Source: Lama glama (taxonomy: Eukaryota). Taken from it: a stretch of 64,000 nt of DNA. This document shows, piece by piece, positions 26,037 to 40,877 of the stretch (position 1 is its first letter; each line of letters begins with the position of its first letter). The stretch covers positions 31,870,001-31,934,000 of the forward strand of contig CM052816.1 of NCBI GenBank assembly GCA_028534125.1, in the 5' to 3' direction. Both the position numbers and the translations under genes were made by a program. The notes beneath the pieces are model-generated. The model was not told the origin of the DNA and ran no database searches. It saw nothing but the letters and a program-made list of their open reading frames with translations.

Positions 26037-29000
26037 CAAACATCACTGAAAAGACAGCCCAAAACAAAGTCACCCAGTTCCTCTGCTCACAAGACTTGCA
26101 AAAATGCATGAGACACAGGGAGAACTATCTGCCAACATGTACAGTTTTTGTTTTTCAATTCATTCTCCCCAGGAAGTATACTGAGGATGCAACCACTCAT
26201 TTAAAAACCACTAGTCATCTGGAGCTTGTTTCCTTAATTCCCCAGTGAAAAGTAGGGACCAGACTATATGCATTAGGTACTGTACTCAACCATGCCTCAG
26301 AAAAGCATAGAAGACTTGTTGAGAGATTCTGTCCTAGATAATAGTCTCCAAACTTTAACTCTTGACAGAGGGCTTTGGATTTCACAGTGATAGGCAGGAT
26401 GCAGCCATTTTAAGAAATCATCTGTTTTTCAATTGAAATATAAAGAACAGTGTCTTCTGCATTTTGGTAAATAATCTATTTCATTTGCCAAGTCACTTTC
26501 AAACTATCTCATTTTAAAAATTAGTATGCATCATGAAAGCTAAAACATCATTTTCCTCATTTCTTTTGCCTGAAAAAATAACAAAGAAAAACATTTGTGT
26601 TTGAGAGAGGTGGTTTTATGACAAATAAAAGGAATTTCCACACAATGTTGGAAAAGACTGTGGGAATCCATTCCCTTTAAGAGATTATGCCAGTGAATTT
26701 TTTCAAAGATTTAGACACATTCATGAGTAAGAAATGCAAAAGGTTACAGGAATACTTAAAGATTTGGAGGCAATTATACGTAGCCATGAAATGAGCTCTA
26801 CTGTGACATTAAAATATATTTACTAAGCTAATTTGTAACTGGTTTATTAGGTCTTATGATCTTACTCTGATCTCTAAACTTTAATGTGAAAAGACACAAT
26901 GTGATTCTTGTTAATGACCCATTCATACCATGGTCTTCTGTTCTTTTCTAACAGGTGAAAGAATGATTCACCATCAACTAAAGAACCTGAAGATTTAGAA
27001 TAAAATTGCTGCCAAATATACAGATCCAGGATGCTCAAAATGCATCCACCACAGAGAAGCCCCTCTAACAAGACCCCTGTGATTTATCTACTCCTAGGCA
27101 GATCTCAAGTTCGTTTTCACACAAGGCAATAGCTAGTTCACATTTTTAATGAAAGTGAATGTTTATGAGCATTTATTAAATAGTTGACACATATTAACCC
27201 ATGTGTCTGAAAGCCACCCCGTGCAGTGGTTTGATCCTTCCTGTCTTCAGATGAGGACAATGATGAGTCCAGCAAGCTGGCCAAGCTCCCGTGAGGGAAT
27301 GGCGGAGTCCCGGTTGGAGCCCAGAACCTACGCTCGCACCTCTGCAACCACTGGCCTTAGGAGCAGTACCTAGTATTCTCTACTTAGTGGACAGCAGTCA
27401 GAATCAACCTCCAGGGTGCAGAGCATTTCTTCAACACATTTCTGGGACTTAAAAATGTCAAAAATTCTCACACAGGTTTTCCTTCATTTGTTGTGGCTAT
27501 CATTTGTCACACTACATAGCTTGCTCAAAGAGTTCTGTTGATTTATCGGAGCCGTACATTTCTCACCCTTTGCTCAAATAGGCAGAGAAAATGTACATTT
27601 TAAAAAATCTTGCCTATAACTCTTCTGATAGGGCTCACAAGCACTCATCAGCTAGTACCAGAGGGAAAACATTTACATTTTAGTCCAATCTAGTAATCTG
27701 CCTATCTGAGCCTGTACTTTGAAGTATCTCTGGAGGTAAATCATTGATCCCTCCTGGGACTCCCAGGCTGGGGCCATGCCCGGCTTTCAGAAATTCTCCC
27801 ATCCACCGCCCTCATCCTCAGATGGCTGTGGGCAAAGTCATCTATGATCTGAGTGGGATTCTCTTGCTCCTCTGACCTCTGCATCAACCACTCTAGTCAG
27901 ACTGGTCACTTCTCCCTCTGCTGACATTTACAGCACATGCCTGATATTTGCGGTTTGGTCTCTTTGGTTTGTTCTGAGCCCAGCATTGCTTGTTGGCTTA
28001 CTTGGAAAGTGTATATTATCTCCTGTATGATCCTGGCCCAAGGACTCAGCCTTGAAGCCTTTAGCTATATGCTAACTTCCCCTCACACTCACTTGCTCCA
28101 ACCTAGAACAAATTCTTCAGTTATATCCTTAGCAAACATTTGTGTCTTTCCTAAAAAATATTGGAAGCCTCTGGGTCTTGTCTAGGCCATGAACCAAAGG
28201 TGGGTGGGAAAACTAAGCTTAGCCTCTTTTAGGTCTAAAATCTCCGAGTCACTGGTTTGATTTGATGTGGCCTCTCCACAAATTGGGGGGTAACCTGCAA
28301 ATATAGCCTCTACTCCCAACACCAAAATGCCAATCAGGGACACAGCTCCTGCCCTTGGCACCCGCTTCAGAATATTAATGTATTTTGGCTCAGAGAGGAG
28401 AGCTTGGGCTGTCTCTCACTCCCTACCTCCTCTGCCTCTCTCAATCCTCCTTATCCCACTATCCCTCAAGACAAGAGGATTTCATTCATCCTTGGGGCAG
28501 TATGTCTCATGCAATAGCTATCATAGGTAGATGGGCATTTGTTTTTGTTTCACTTTATTGAAGAAACTCTGATACTATGATCCAAGTTCTCCCTACTTGA
28601 TTCTTGATAAGCTTAAAATCCGAGAAAATTCTCTCTTCCTCAATAAAGTTTGTCTTGCAAGCCTATTTCCTTAATGCAAAATCCTGTTTTAAATGGCAGA
28701 AATTAAATGTTAATTCTTTCTCTTTATATTTTTCTCTTTAACTATCCTATAACCTCATCCTCACCCTCAGCCATATGAATCCCTCAGGCTGTAGAAGAAA
28801 AATACATGGAAAGAGACAAAAAAGAAAAGCACAATATATTTTTGAGACTATTACCCCAGTTGCACTCATGTTTAACAACTATAAGTATGTACACATTTTC
28901 CATGATTCTTGTATGCAAGTATTGCTTCTACCTTTTATTTCTTAAAAATGTTCTCCTATTCAACTTTGGAGACATCCTTTTATCACATATGCCTCTTATA

Positions 29001-29354
29001 AGCTATTAAACTTACCTGTCTCTTGATTGATAACAAGTACATATAAATCTTTACTACTGATATAAAACTACAAGGAATAATTATATTAATGCCATAAAGT
29101 ACTCTTCATCTCATTTGCATCATTTAGCAACAGTTTGTTTTAGGTATCCTTTCATTTCTGAGGCTTTTTTTTCTTTTACCATGGTTACTGTCTATTTTAC
29201 AGTGTATTCAGTTGGCGTAGATTTTCATGGGTGAGAAACTATCTCCACAGTTTTTCCCAGTATTACCAACAACAATAGCAAGTCAGAAGCAAATGCTTAA
29301 GATCTTAACTCTTCTGAAGACAGAAAAATGAATACGATGCACCAAGGAGAAGCA

Positions 29355-29740
29355 GCATGATCAGCATCACTAACCATCAGGGAAATGCAAATCAAAACTA
29401 CAGTGAGACATCCCCTCACAGCTGTCGGAATGGCTAGTAGCAAAAAGACAACAAGCGTTGGTGAGGGTGTGCAGAATAGGGAGCCCTAGTATGCTGTTGA
29501 TGGGGATGTAAAACTGGTGGAGCCACGATGGAGAACAGCACAGAGATTCCTCAAAAAATTAAAATTAGAACTACCATATGATTCTGCAATTCCACTTCTG
29601 GGTATTTATCCAAAGAAAATGAAAACACCAATTCAAAAAGATACATGCACCCCTATATTCACTGCAGGATTATTCACAATAGCCAAAGTATGGAAGCAAT
29701 CTAAGTGCCCATCAAAAGACGAGTGGATAAAGCAGGTATG
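29355..29740 (+). mobile_element. L1 ORF2 C-terminal fragment
   Basis: ORF 29517 encodes FLKKLKLELPYDSAIPLLGIYPK...TCTPIFTAGLFTIAKVWKQSKCPSKDEWIK, the L1 ORF2 C-terminus. Confidence 0.9.
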
Positions 29741-30364
29741 CTATTATAACTACAGGTAGAAAATGTACAGAAATCCTTACATTTATAGCAGGTCTCTGTC
29801 ACATGTTAGCCTTGTAGCTCAAAGAAAATCCTCTGTAGGGAGGTACTGATAGAGCAGCCTTCCCCCTTCCACTTTCATGCTGGGCTTGTACTCAGAATTA
29901 GCACACACTCCTATATTTCAGCTTCTCTCTTCCTAACCACACAAAGAAGTTGCCAGAATTGTTCCCTTCCATCATCGCTGCCTCATTCTCTCAGCAAAGT
30001 GTGGGGGAGCAAAATAAACAGAGTTCTCACTTCCTAAGAAAGCCTGAAGGCAGGCCCACATCAGGAACTGTTGGGTTCTTAAATCAGAGCTGCTCCCTGA
30101 AACACTGGAAGCTAAAGTCAAGAAGATCAGTTAGGATTTGGAAAGTCAAATCAAGCAAGACTTTCTAAAGTTGACTGGCAATACACTAATCTGAGAAAGA
30201 TTTAGTCATCGGAAAACATTTTTTAACTAGCATTAATTTACAGATGCTGTGCTTCAGACTACCAGGCTGTGCCCAGTTTTTCTAGTCAAGCACTTGAGAA
30301 GATTCTCCTTTCTCTCATGCTTGGATTCTCTCCAAGGATAAAACCATTAACCCAAATAAAAACA

Positions 30365-30908
30365 CATAATGCTCCAATCCCAAACTGTAGATATGTAGTT
30401 TTTCAAGGTAAAAACACTAAGCTTCCAAACAGATATTTGTACTCTCATGTTCATAGCAGCATTATTCCCAATAGCCAAAAGATGGAAGCAAACCAACTGT
30501 CCATTAACAGATGGATAAACAAATTGTGGTATATACATATCATGGAATATCATTCAACCTTAAAAAGGAAAGAAATTGTGGCACATGCTACAACATGGAT
30601 GAAGCTTAAAGACATGAAATAGACCAATCTCAAAAGGACAAATATTGCATGATTCGAGTTATATGAAATATCTAGAATAGTCAAGTTTATAGAGACAGAA
30701 AGTAGAATGGTGGTTCAGAGACTGGGGAAAGGGAAGAATGGGAGTTATTATTTGATGGGTATTAAGTCTAAATTTGGGGTAAGGAAAAGTTCTGGAGATG
30801 AATAGTGGTGATGACTGCACAGTATTGTGAATGTACCTAGTGCCACAGAATTGGACACTTAAAAACTGTTAAAATGGAAAATTTTATGTTAGATAAATTT
30901 TACCACAC
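30365..30908 (+). mobile_element. L1 3' end (L1MB-like)
   Basis: atgttcatagcagcattattcccaatagccaaaagatggaagca...gagacagaaagtagaatggtgg...ttctggagatgaatagtggtgatg...ttttaccac. Confidence 0.85.
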
Positions 30909-33099
30909 AAACACACACACAGACCCAGAGTTGTGTCCTTCCTTTGAATATTAAGAATTCCTCAGCCATGCTCCTATAAAGGCTTTTGTACTACTGAGGG
31001 GCTGGTTCTCATTTTAAAGTACCATTCTATCAAGCATACTTTCAGCAGCTGCAAACCCCCTTCCACTGTCTGGGGGTCACGCTTCATGGCCATATGCATT
31101 TTGGGCAGCCACATGCTCACCCTGGATTGGGGAAGGCAGAGGAGGACCCCAGGACCTCAACCTGTTGGCCTAAATCTCACTTTACTCGTGCCACTTTCTT
31201 GTTTTCCCCAGATGATGGCTTCTATTCTTGGTGTCACCTGAACTTGGTCAACTCTTTGCACTCTCAGAAGACATCCTGACAGTGAGATGGTATCACTGTG
31301 GATGTGCATTAAAGATTCAAAACAACTTGAAACTTCACAGTGTGAAGCAGGGGCTTGAGGAGAGCCAGGACTTCCTGATGGTCACCCCAGCTCCTGACTG
31401 AGGAAGGGATTAAAAGGTCCTGACTGTAAAGTTAGAGAATCCTCTAGTTCTCCCTTCATCTCCTGTCCTTGTGCTAGACCACATGAGTGCCTTCAAGACT
31501 TGTCTTGGAGGTATCTTATTACCTCTGGGCTCAAATGCCTTTCTACATAAAGCTGGAGTAAGGGTTGAAAACTGAGATGGTAAGTCCTCTCACCTGCAGT
31601 CTTGAGAAAGGGCTTTCTATCTGGAATTGGAATGTGACTAGAAACATATGTTGAGGTCGAGTCATCAAGAAAGACTCACATGCTTGATCTTCATCCTGGC
31701 CCCTCTGTCAACAGCTCATCTGCTTGGAGGACTCAGCTTAGGCTCAGGAATGCATTTCTCCACTGTCACAAAAATCATTGCAGGCATGCGCCTATCTGGT
31801 TATTCATTCCTAGGGGCTTTAAAAGCAGCTTGTAAATTTCAAAAGAAATTATGGGATGCAAACTTCTTAGCAGAATTAATGTAACAAATGGATTTTTTGA
31901 CAAGGGTAGTTCAATTCCACTGTCTCTGCAGAGTTTGTACATTTCAAATATGTCTGCACTGTTCTAGCACTTACAGTGACAAGGTCTCAGACCTGAGAAC
32001 TTTAATGGAAGATTCAAGAAAAGAGGCAAAAACAACACATTCTGAACTGGAATAGAAAAACATCTGAGGTTGGTTCATCTCAGTCTTGAATTAAACCATT
32101 CATTGAAGCTCTGAATTTTCTTTAAGCACTTGGCAGCAATTTCACCCACACATGGATTGCAGTATCACTTAATTTCCCACTAGTACTTTGGGGAAAATAA
32201 TGATGCTAACAATAAAGTGAAATAATACATGTGCAAGAAACTAACTCATGCTTGGTTGAATTTGAAAAACAATAATAACTTCTTTCATTAAACCAATGAT
32301 AAAGCATTTCTCTATACTTTTTAGCAGTGTTGAGTGGGGATGTTCATTTGTCTGTTGGTTGCTTCATTTGCTTCAAAATGTTCAGTCTGTAAGAATGGAT
32401 CAGTCTCAAATAGTTATAACTCCTGGGGGTGGGAGGGAAGGCATGCACAGGGCTCCTATACCCTACCAGCAGAAAGTTCAACTCTCTCAACTCCAAAAAC
32501 GGTAATGCTTCAGAAATGGGACAAGTCTAAGTTTGGGCAATAGGATGAAACAATAATATAAATAATGTGAATCCACTCTCCCTCCTCCCTAGTCCTATCC
32601 ATAATAGGATTAAAAATGCTAACGAGTGCAGCAGACCCGTTGGAAACAAGAACAACTTGCTATGGCCTCCTTTCACACCATTTGCATGCTGAGTGGCATC
32701 CCAAATGAAAGAGAATTGACAGAGCAAGTCACTTTTATTGATAAAGGCTTGTTTTTTCATAGAATTAAGCCTTAAATGACTGGGCTTGGTTTTATGAGTC
32801 CTAAATGCAAAAAGCTTCCCAAGCAGATGTTGAATTCCTCCCTATTCACAACTTGCTCAGCTTAATGACAGGCTTCTTGTGTTCCCTGAACTGCCTGAAA
32901 ATTTTTATTTTTAATTTAGCCTTTTTGCTTTGAAACAGGCTTCACTTACTGTGTGCTTTTGGCATGATTTATTTCTCTCGATTTTATTTTCTAAAACACT
33001 GTTGTCCTAGATTCTACTCCACTCTGGAGCTTTATGCTTTAAAACTGATTAGGTGGTTTATTTCATTTGTTTGCTTCTGTTTCCTGATTTTATGTTTAG

Positions 33100-33760
33100 T
33101 CAAAATAAAGCCTCGTATTAGGGTATGCCTGATGAGATAACCTGGTGTCCTTTTATTATTCATATTTTTACTGCAAAAGCCTCTAAAACTACCCTAGAAA
33201 ATGTGCAAGCAGAGAAGAGAGAAACTGCAATGAAGTTACCACTTGTGTAGGATCTGCAGAGGAGACAGAGATATCTGAATATGTTCTGAACTCCTCTCCT
33301 GATCACAGAGAACACCCATTTTCTAAGTGTAAGGCACGTTTCTTTATCACACAATTGTGTTCTCTCCTTCTTACAATCATTTTAAGAGGAGATTGGAAGC
33401 TTTGATGAGGGGCTCTAGGTTTGTGCTCGAGAAGTTACAACTCTGCCTTAGCCTTCACTTCCTGCTTTCCCAGGGCCTCAAAGGCAGCCAGAGGTCCTCC
33501 CAAGTCTTTCCTGGGTATGCTCACAGCCCTACATCTGCACATGGCCTTTTAGATTCCTAGGAATAATGCAGAGTTTTTCAAAACCTCCTATATATTTTTT
33601 GTTTCTCAGATTTTCCTCTCAAGTTTCTGGCTAGGCTTGTTGGCCCCAACTGGCATTGTGGCTTCAGGCAGCTGAGATAATAAACAATTGCTGCTTATTC
33701 GTGGTAAATACTTTGGAGACAGAGCACTTCCTAACAGATCAAGCTCCTGAATAGGTCAAG
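33100..33760 (-). mobile_element. Old L1M 5'/ORF1-region fragment
   Basis: ctgccttagccttcacttcctgcttt..cagggcctcaaaggcagccagagg...ctgggtatgctcacagccctacatctgcacatggcctt. Confidence 0.55.
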
Positions 33761-36649
33761 TAATAATTCTTCACTAATTGTATTTTGTTTGAAATATATA
33801 TAATTATGCTATTTATGTTAAAATGTAATTAGTAATTAGTAATTTTTTGTTTGTTTGGTTTGGTCCTGATGCTCAATATTTATAATGATTTTTTTTTCTT
33901 TTTGAAAAAATGAGGGCAGATAATTTTCAGCTGTTTAAGACCATGATGAGAAATATAAGTACTTTATATATTCCTAAATGAATTATTTTAGGTGTCTGTC
34001 TGTATATTGTTGTGCATGTGTGTTTATCAGTCAGATCTGATTATCCCTTGATTACATGTTACCAAAACCATCTAAGAGGTAAAGAATGCTTCTTCTGAAG
34101 GTGACTAAGATGGCCCTGTTTAGGGATGCTGATAACTGAAAATGAGAAGACTGTCTTTGAGTATTATTGGCATTTATGGTCCCCCAGAAAGAGTATTGAC
34201 CTACCAAGCACTATGACTATGCCAAAAAAGAACATCCAAAAGACTGAATAAACCCTTTGCTCTGCCAGCTAGAGTATCTGGAATATATTTCATTTTAATG
34301 TAGATAAAGTATGTCTGGATTTTATTCATAGTTGGATTAAATTAGAAAGGAAAGATATAAATATATGGTGGTAAGGTAGGAAGATTTCATATGCACACAG
34401 TTAGTTAGCCTGCTAAATAATGGTATTTGGTAAATAGCAAGTGTTAAAGATTGTGAGGATGAAGATAAGACAATAACTGAGGTGGCCAGAAAAGACATAC
34501 AAGAAAGTCAGGCCTCAAAATAAAAACAAGAAGGGCTTTACAAGGAAGAAGTGTCAAGGATGAGATCTGGTTTGTTGGAATACAAATGATAAGCCAGTGG
34601 CTAGGATATGGTATTTGAGGTAAATGTGAGATCATAGTTTAGAAAGGTACGGCCAAAACATTTGAAAAAACTATCTCTGAAATGGCTTTCTCCTTTAGCA
34701 TGTCCTCAAAAATAGCTTGATGGGGAGACTCTCTTTCAAAGTTCACAAAGGAAAGGGAATGATGGATGACAGTTTTGAGTTTAAATTCCAAATCTTTTAC
34801 TTCTGAGTTTTGAGACATGGGGTATATTACTTAACTTCTATGAACTTCAGAACCACTAATATAAAAGGGAGGTGATATTGCTTACTGAAGAAGCATTATA
34901 TCTTGTGCTCTAGAAAAGCACACATTTCCAGAAGGAAACTTTCTAGGCTCAAATTCTGGTCCTACCACTCTTATCCATAGCCTTAGTAAAGGTGTTTTGC
35001 TTGTTTTTTTTTGTGTGTGTGTTTCTTTTTAAATCTGTGCCTTTTCTTCATTTCTAAATTAGGTTATCCTAAAGACTGTTGTGAGTATTGAATTTATAAT
35101 TTCTTATAATAGTTCTGGGGAAAAAGTGGTTAAAAACTATTCATTATTAGCATTTGTGTTATTGTCATTACATCAACAGTGGTTTATAAAATGAAGTGAT
35201 ATGCTTGTAATGAATCAAGCACAGTATGTGACAAATAGTAAAGATGCAACAATGGTTAAAAAAAAGAAGACAAAGTAAAATGGTCAGTTGTGGTTGTGGA
35301 AACTGAAGCAGAAAGATAACTCCCCAGCTCCTCGCATATGCATCTGAATGAACTGGGGTGCCATTTGCTGAGTTAGGAAATCCAAAATGAGGAATGTGAA
35401 CTTGGTAGTTTTAGACATGATCATCTGTTTCCTTGGAGACATCCAGCGAAAACTGTAAGTAGGAGGTAGTGGCCTCTGATCACACTTAGATGTTTATCAC
35501 AGAAAAAAAAAGAAAGAAAAGGCACCAAAACAATAGTCTTTTCATGTACCTTTCTTGCTCCTTTTTCCATTTTCCAAGGTAATTAATAAAGCCAGAGGTA
35601 TTATTCTTATTAGAACAGCCTCATTCTCAAGCTGTGACTCTATCAGAAGGGCATTACAATTTATAATCTCTGATAAACAAAGATTCCCATTGCCTGGACA
35701 CTAAATAATACTAATCATAATAAAATATTTAATGCAAAACAACTTGAGGAAGCTCTTTAAAAACCATTGTATATATTCTGAATTCTTATTATTGACTGTC
35801 TACAATTGTATTGAAAATCGTGTAATTTATTGAGAATGATTGTGAGACTAGACACAGAGATCTTCCTTACAAAAGGAGAGCAATTATGTAGAAGAATATG
35901 ACTTTGTAAAGCAACAATTTTTCAAAGATAATATGAGCATCACTTTTCTTTCAAAGGCTGCAGATGCATTCTGTGTGAATTTAATACTTAAGCACTAATC
36001 ATTAATAATTCAGGAGTTCCCATAATACCACTATTCTAATAAAGCTTGATAACTTTCATAGCATCAGTGATCAGTGTTTAAAAGGAGGCTCATTTTATCA
36101 TCACAAATGGGTGGGAGGTAATCAACATAACATGCCAGCATGTTAGCCAAGGTGAAGTCACCCTTCAAACTTTCCTTTTGAGGGGTAATAGCATGTCCAT
36201 TATAGACACATGTGTTTCTGACTTGCTGCTTTTGCTTCTCTTGCATGATACATTAAATTCTTTTAGCACCAATTATTAATTTATTAATTATCACCAAGTT
36301 AAAAACCCGTTAAAAATGCCCATAGGATGTGTACTGTAGGTTCACAGCTGCAGATCAAATGGAGTTTATGAACTCATTGTAAATGAATTAGGAGACTTCC
36401 ATATGCTCAGAGGCCATTATTTGAACCAAAAATAAAATTTCTAATTATTTCCATCCATAAAATGTCTAGCAGAATGCTATGCAATGCTAATTTTGAGAAC
36501 AGAGTAATGTAACAGATGTCATAGGTGAGCTACCAACTAGGAGAGACAAAATCCTTCAGTGAAGGAAGCCTTCTTTTTGGAATTATCATATTTCACTGCT
36601 TACAAGCTTTTATCACTGAATAAGCAACAACAGTATACCACTAGGATAC

Positions 36650-36815
36650 TGGTTTACACTCTGAACCAGGCGTTTTCCACGAAACATTGTTTAATTCTTA
36701 CAATAACTTTATAAGGTACATATTATCTGCATTTCATGAAGGCAAAACCTAAACTCATTGAGAAACTTGCCCCAAATCACACAGATAAGTAAATACCAGA
36801 GCCATAAATTGTTAT
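36650..36815 (-). mobile_element. MIR
   Basis: tttaattcttacaataactttataaggta..tattatctgcattt...aacttgccccaaatcacacagataagtaaa..ccagagcc. Confidence 0.65.
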
Positions 36816-38724
36816 CTTGTCTTTGCACTACAAAAACTCTATAGGAAATAATCGTAAGGAACAACAGGTAACCTATATACATTAGAAATCCTAGAAGTAG
36901 AAAAAGAAATCACCAATGACAAAGATTTTAATATGATTTCCACTTCCAGTCAACTCTTGATTATCTCAGGATATGGAAAACAGAAATTACCTAAACCATG
37001 GAAACCTTGGGAAAAGTTTCAAATTTGCTTCATCAGTTCCTTTTCTTATTTAGTATTAAAAAATGTTTAGGTTACAGAGAACTAATGCCATAAAGATCTA
37101 ACATAAAGTATAGGGAAGCAATAATCAAACAGAACTGGAGTAAACTATGCAAGTTAGAAAATAACTCCAGAAATTTTTCATTCCTTTTCTTTCTCTATGT
37201 CCACACCAGGAATCAGACATGTCCTCAAGATACTACAGCTCTGACGAGTATCACATTTTCAACATTACTTTATTTCCTGATCATTTTATTGGCAAAACTA
37301 CTTGCTTTAGAGTATCTCTACCACAACCTCCATTTTCCCCTCTGGGAATTTTTGGTTTTTTAATTTTTTTGGCCTTTCCATAGAAACCTAGGCTTACTAT
37401 ATACTCTTTTCCAACAAAACTGATTAACCCTTTGTTATATAAACATGTTGGTTCTGTGAGGTACTCTCTTAGGATCCTGGTCATTCTGAAAGTTATCCTA
37501 GTCTGGCAGCAGACCATATACAATAAAAATTGTGTAGGCATAGGGTCCCTTTCAACATCATCTCCCCTGCCGTTTTTTTGGAATAGAAATGTACTCCAGT
37601 CAAAGTGCTCCTTATTTCTCCTTGATCCACCTGTAGGATTAACCCTCCCTGCATCGAGTTAAAGGTTATTAGTGGGGTTCTTTTTAATCCATTAATTTAC
37701 ATTTTGAAATCTGCCCCTTTTCCAATATTAGAGGATACAGTCATCAGCTCTGAGTATCTCTCTTCAACTTGGTTCAACTTATATTGTATCTAGAAAATAT
37801 CCTTTAATCTTTGATGCAGAATTTAGCTATTTCCTAGTTTCCTTTATATTTTTTCCACTATATTTGATTCTCTTTGTTCATTTCTGTACGTTTCAGGGAG
37901 TGGAATAAAACAAACCTACTCTCATTCCACCATCTTTCCAGAAACGTCTCTAGTTTGAATATTTAAACACCTTGTTAAATATTCATCAAAATATTGATTA
38001 AATAATGCATATTCAAATATAGGGAGCTATATAGTATGATTTCATCATCAGGGGAAAAAAGATACCAAAAATGCAAACATCTAAAGCTCTTCTGCTATTC
38101 ATTGTTGAGAGTACTTACCTAAGCTTTGTTCAAAATGTGAACTTTTGACACAGGCATGATAAATCACATCACTCACCATTGGCTTAATAGGAGTCTTGAT
38201 CTTCTCTACATTACATAAGGGCCCTATAAGAACACGGAGATAACAGGGAGGGTAACTATTTAACTTGCACATGCTGTAGGTAAGTATCGATTAACCAGCA
38301 TGGTGAGTAGGTGGGTAAATTGGTTTGAACCATGAGCAGGAACCATAAATGAGGGTTTGTATATCATCTTAAAGAGTAGCAGCAACATCTTCTCAGATTA
38401 TGAATTCCATGGCTAGGTGCTGCTTATTAACAGTACCTGGACCACAGTATGAACTAGCCCCAGGACCACTTGGCCTAGGTCACCAGACTATCCCAAACTC
38501 TTGTCACAATGGACTACTCATTCCTTCATGTGTTGCACAAACATGCCTTTGCCCATAAAAGTCCCTTTACCTGAATGTTTCCATTTCTGCCTAACAATTT
38601 CACCCATCCTTCAATGCCCATTGTAAATTCTTTCTCTTCCATGAAGTCTTTATCATTGTTCTCTCCAATCAGAATTAACCTTTCCCTTACCTTGCATCTC
38701 TAATTTTCCATCTGCCCTATATCT

Positions 38725-39230
38725 TCATCCATTCTGTAATTATCATTCAGCATCTACTATATGCCAAGCACTATTCTAGGGATTATGGATACAATGCTTA
38801 AAAAGGCACAGTTATTACTCTATGAGCTTATACTCAAGTGCTTGATTCAAAGTAATAAATAAAAATAATTTAATGTCAAGTGCAGTTTGATGCTGTGAAG
38901 AAAAATTAGGCTAGGTAAAGAGTAAGATGAATAGACTATCCTGTGGAAGGGGTTTGGGAAGAACTCTCTGAGTAAGTGACATTTGAGCAGAGACCCATAT
39001 GTATTGAGGGTGTAATCATGGCAAGATGAGGGGAGAGCCTCTCAAGCAAAGACAACAGGTGCAAAGAACCTCAGCAGAAATCAAACACTTGGCATATTTA
39101 AGGAGCAGGAAGAAAGCTAGGGTTGCCTGGAATGTTGGGAGGCAGTGGGAGAGGGAGAGAGTAGGAACTGAAATTTAGAAATACAGGGGCCAGGTCAAGC
39201 AGAGCCTTGTAGTCCATATTAAGTACTTTA
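38725..39230 (-). mobile_element. L2 3' fragment
   Basis: agcatctactatatgccaagcactattctagg...gtgacatttgagcagagacc...gtgcaaagaacctcagcag...ggccaggtcaagcagagccttgtag. Confidence 0.75.
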
Positions 39231-39439
39231 GTAACAAGGACTGCATCTCCAACTGCACCAGACACGTCATCGTTTTCTCTGGTGAACTCTCACCCTCTCC
39301 CATATGGTTCTGCTGAATCTCCCTCACAACACCTGCCTGTAACCCTGCTATAAATACAGTACCCAAGTCAGGTCCAGTATTGTACCCTCTCATCCAGTTC
39401 CCAGAGAGTAGACGGTCACATGACTCAAGCAGGATCAAA

Positions 39440-40010
39440 AGTTTTAACAACTGCACCGCTACCTTGTGCCAGGGGCTATCTGTATTCCGTTTACCACCAG
39501 TGATGAGAGTCCTCTTTGTCAAGCAAATGGTGCATAATCCAAATCCAAAATCTTATGCCAGCATCTGCATTTCTGGATCACTCCTGACACCAAATGTCAC
39601 AGGTTGGGCCCACCTATGAGAAGGATAATGGCCTGTGGGAGTGTTCTTGCGATAAAAATCGGGAAAGGAGAAGGGAAGAACCAGAGTTGGACAAGGGGAA
39701 AACATGAGTCGCAATGCTATCTCAATGGAAGTCTCAGCCTTCTCTACATAAAGTCTTGAAGCTAGGGTGACTCTTAAGAGTTGTCTCAAGTTGGGATAAG
39801 GGGCCTGAGCATTTATACCCCAACCAACCAGTCACTGGAGATGGGCCACCCTGTAAAGGCGCATGGCTTGGGCAAGGCAGCTCTCTTCAGCTGAGGCAAT
39901 ATCCCCAAGGGGCTGAATCTGACGGCTTTCTGCCAGCAGCCCACTCAGCATCGGGGGAACGGTTTACTTCCTAAATGGCTATCTGGGTAATATATCATGG
40001 TGCCCTCATA
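39440..40010 (-). mobile_element. ERVL LTR16-like 5' LTR (39595-~40010) plus tRNA-Leu PBS (39579-39592) and short internal stub
   Basis: LTR16-like motifs (gcatttataccc..accagtcactggagatgggccaccc, ggcaaggcagctctcttcagctgaggcaat). Minus strand reads ...GTGACA TT TGGTGTCAGGAGTG. Confidence 0.75.
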
Positions 40011-40469
40011 GAAACTGACTAGCAGTAAATAATGGATTTTTATGATAGTATTTTTTTAATGTCAGTTTCAAGTATTATGTAAATACCTACAAAGTTTAAA
40101 ACCTTCAATTCAATCTTGAGGGTTGCAATGAGAATAAAATACAATGAAAGGCTAAAGTTGTCAAGGAGGAGAAAATTTCTCTCTACCCCTAATGGTTCTT
40201 TTGGCTGATCTAATAATTAAATTGACATTGCCCTAAACCCCATCAATGCATTGCTTGGTACTCAGTAAATGTTTTCAAATTAAATCTAATAAAACTTGAC
40301 CATTAATGCTCCCATATGAAAATTCACATATAAATCCAACATCACAAACAGATGTTTATAAGGAATCTCATACTTTAGAAATTCAGTGAAGTTTCATTGA
40401 ACAGATCAGGATTTTCACTGAAAACGGAAAGAATGACGAGTTTTTTTTGCTTGTTTTGTTTTGTTTTTT

Positions 40470-40877
40470 ACAAAATATCTGTTTACAAAGGGGGAGGCAG
40501 TGTTAAGGGGAAACAACAAGGGAAAATGAAGCACCCAATGACTAGCAAGAGCAGGAAGTTACCACCACCCCTAGACCTGATGGAGCAAAGGAAGGAACAA
40601 GAAGTTATTGGAAACCAGAAAGTCTCAGATGTAGGAAAGCGCTATCTGACAAGAGGTATGGCTTTTAGCAGAGGATCGAGGACATGGAAAACCTGCCCAG
40701 TGACCCAGCAGACAGACATAGAGAAATAAATTCTCAGCTCTCAGCTCTCTATCCTCTCACCTTTCCATTTCTTGCCGATGCCTCCCATTGGCCAAACCCA
40801 AGAAGTCAGAGGACATAAAAGCCAGCATCCTGGGCACAAGGAGAGTGATCTGTAAGGACAGAGACTATCCATCATAG
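40470..40877 (-). mobile_element. ERVL LTR (LTR33-like)
   Basis: gactagcaagagcaggaagttaccaccacccctagacctga...gatgcctcccattggccaaaccc. Confidence 0.55.

Noticed and set aside
26940..27075. Possible plus-strand exon after ttcttttctaacag
   Set aside because: There is an acceptor-like signal only, with no open coding frame, convincing donor or partner exons. It cannot be supported without RNA data.
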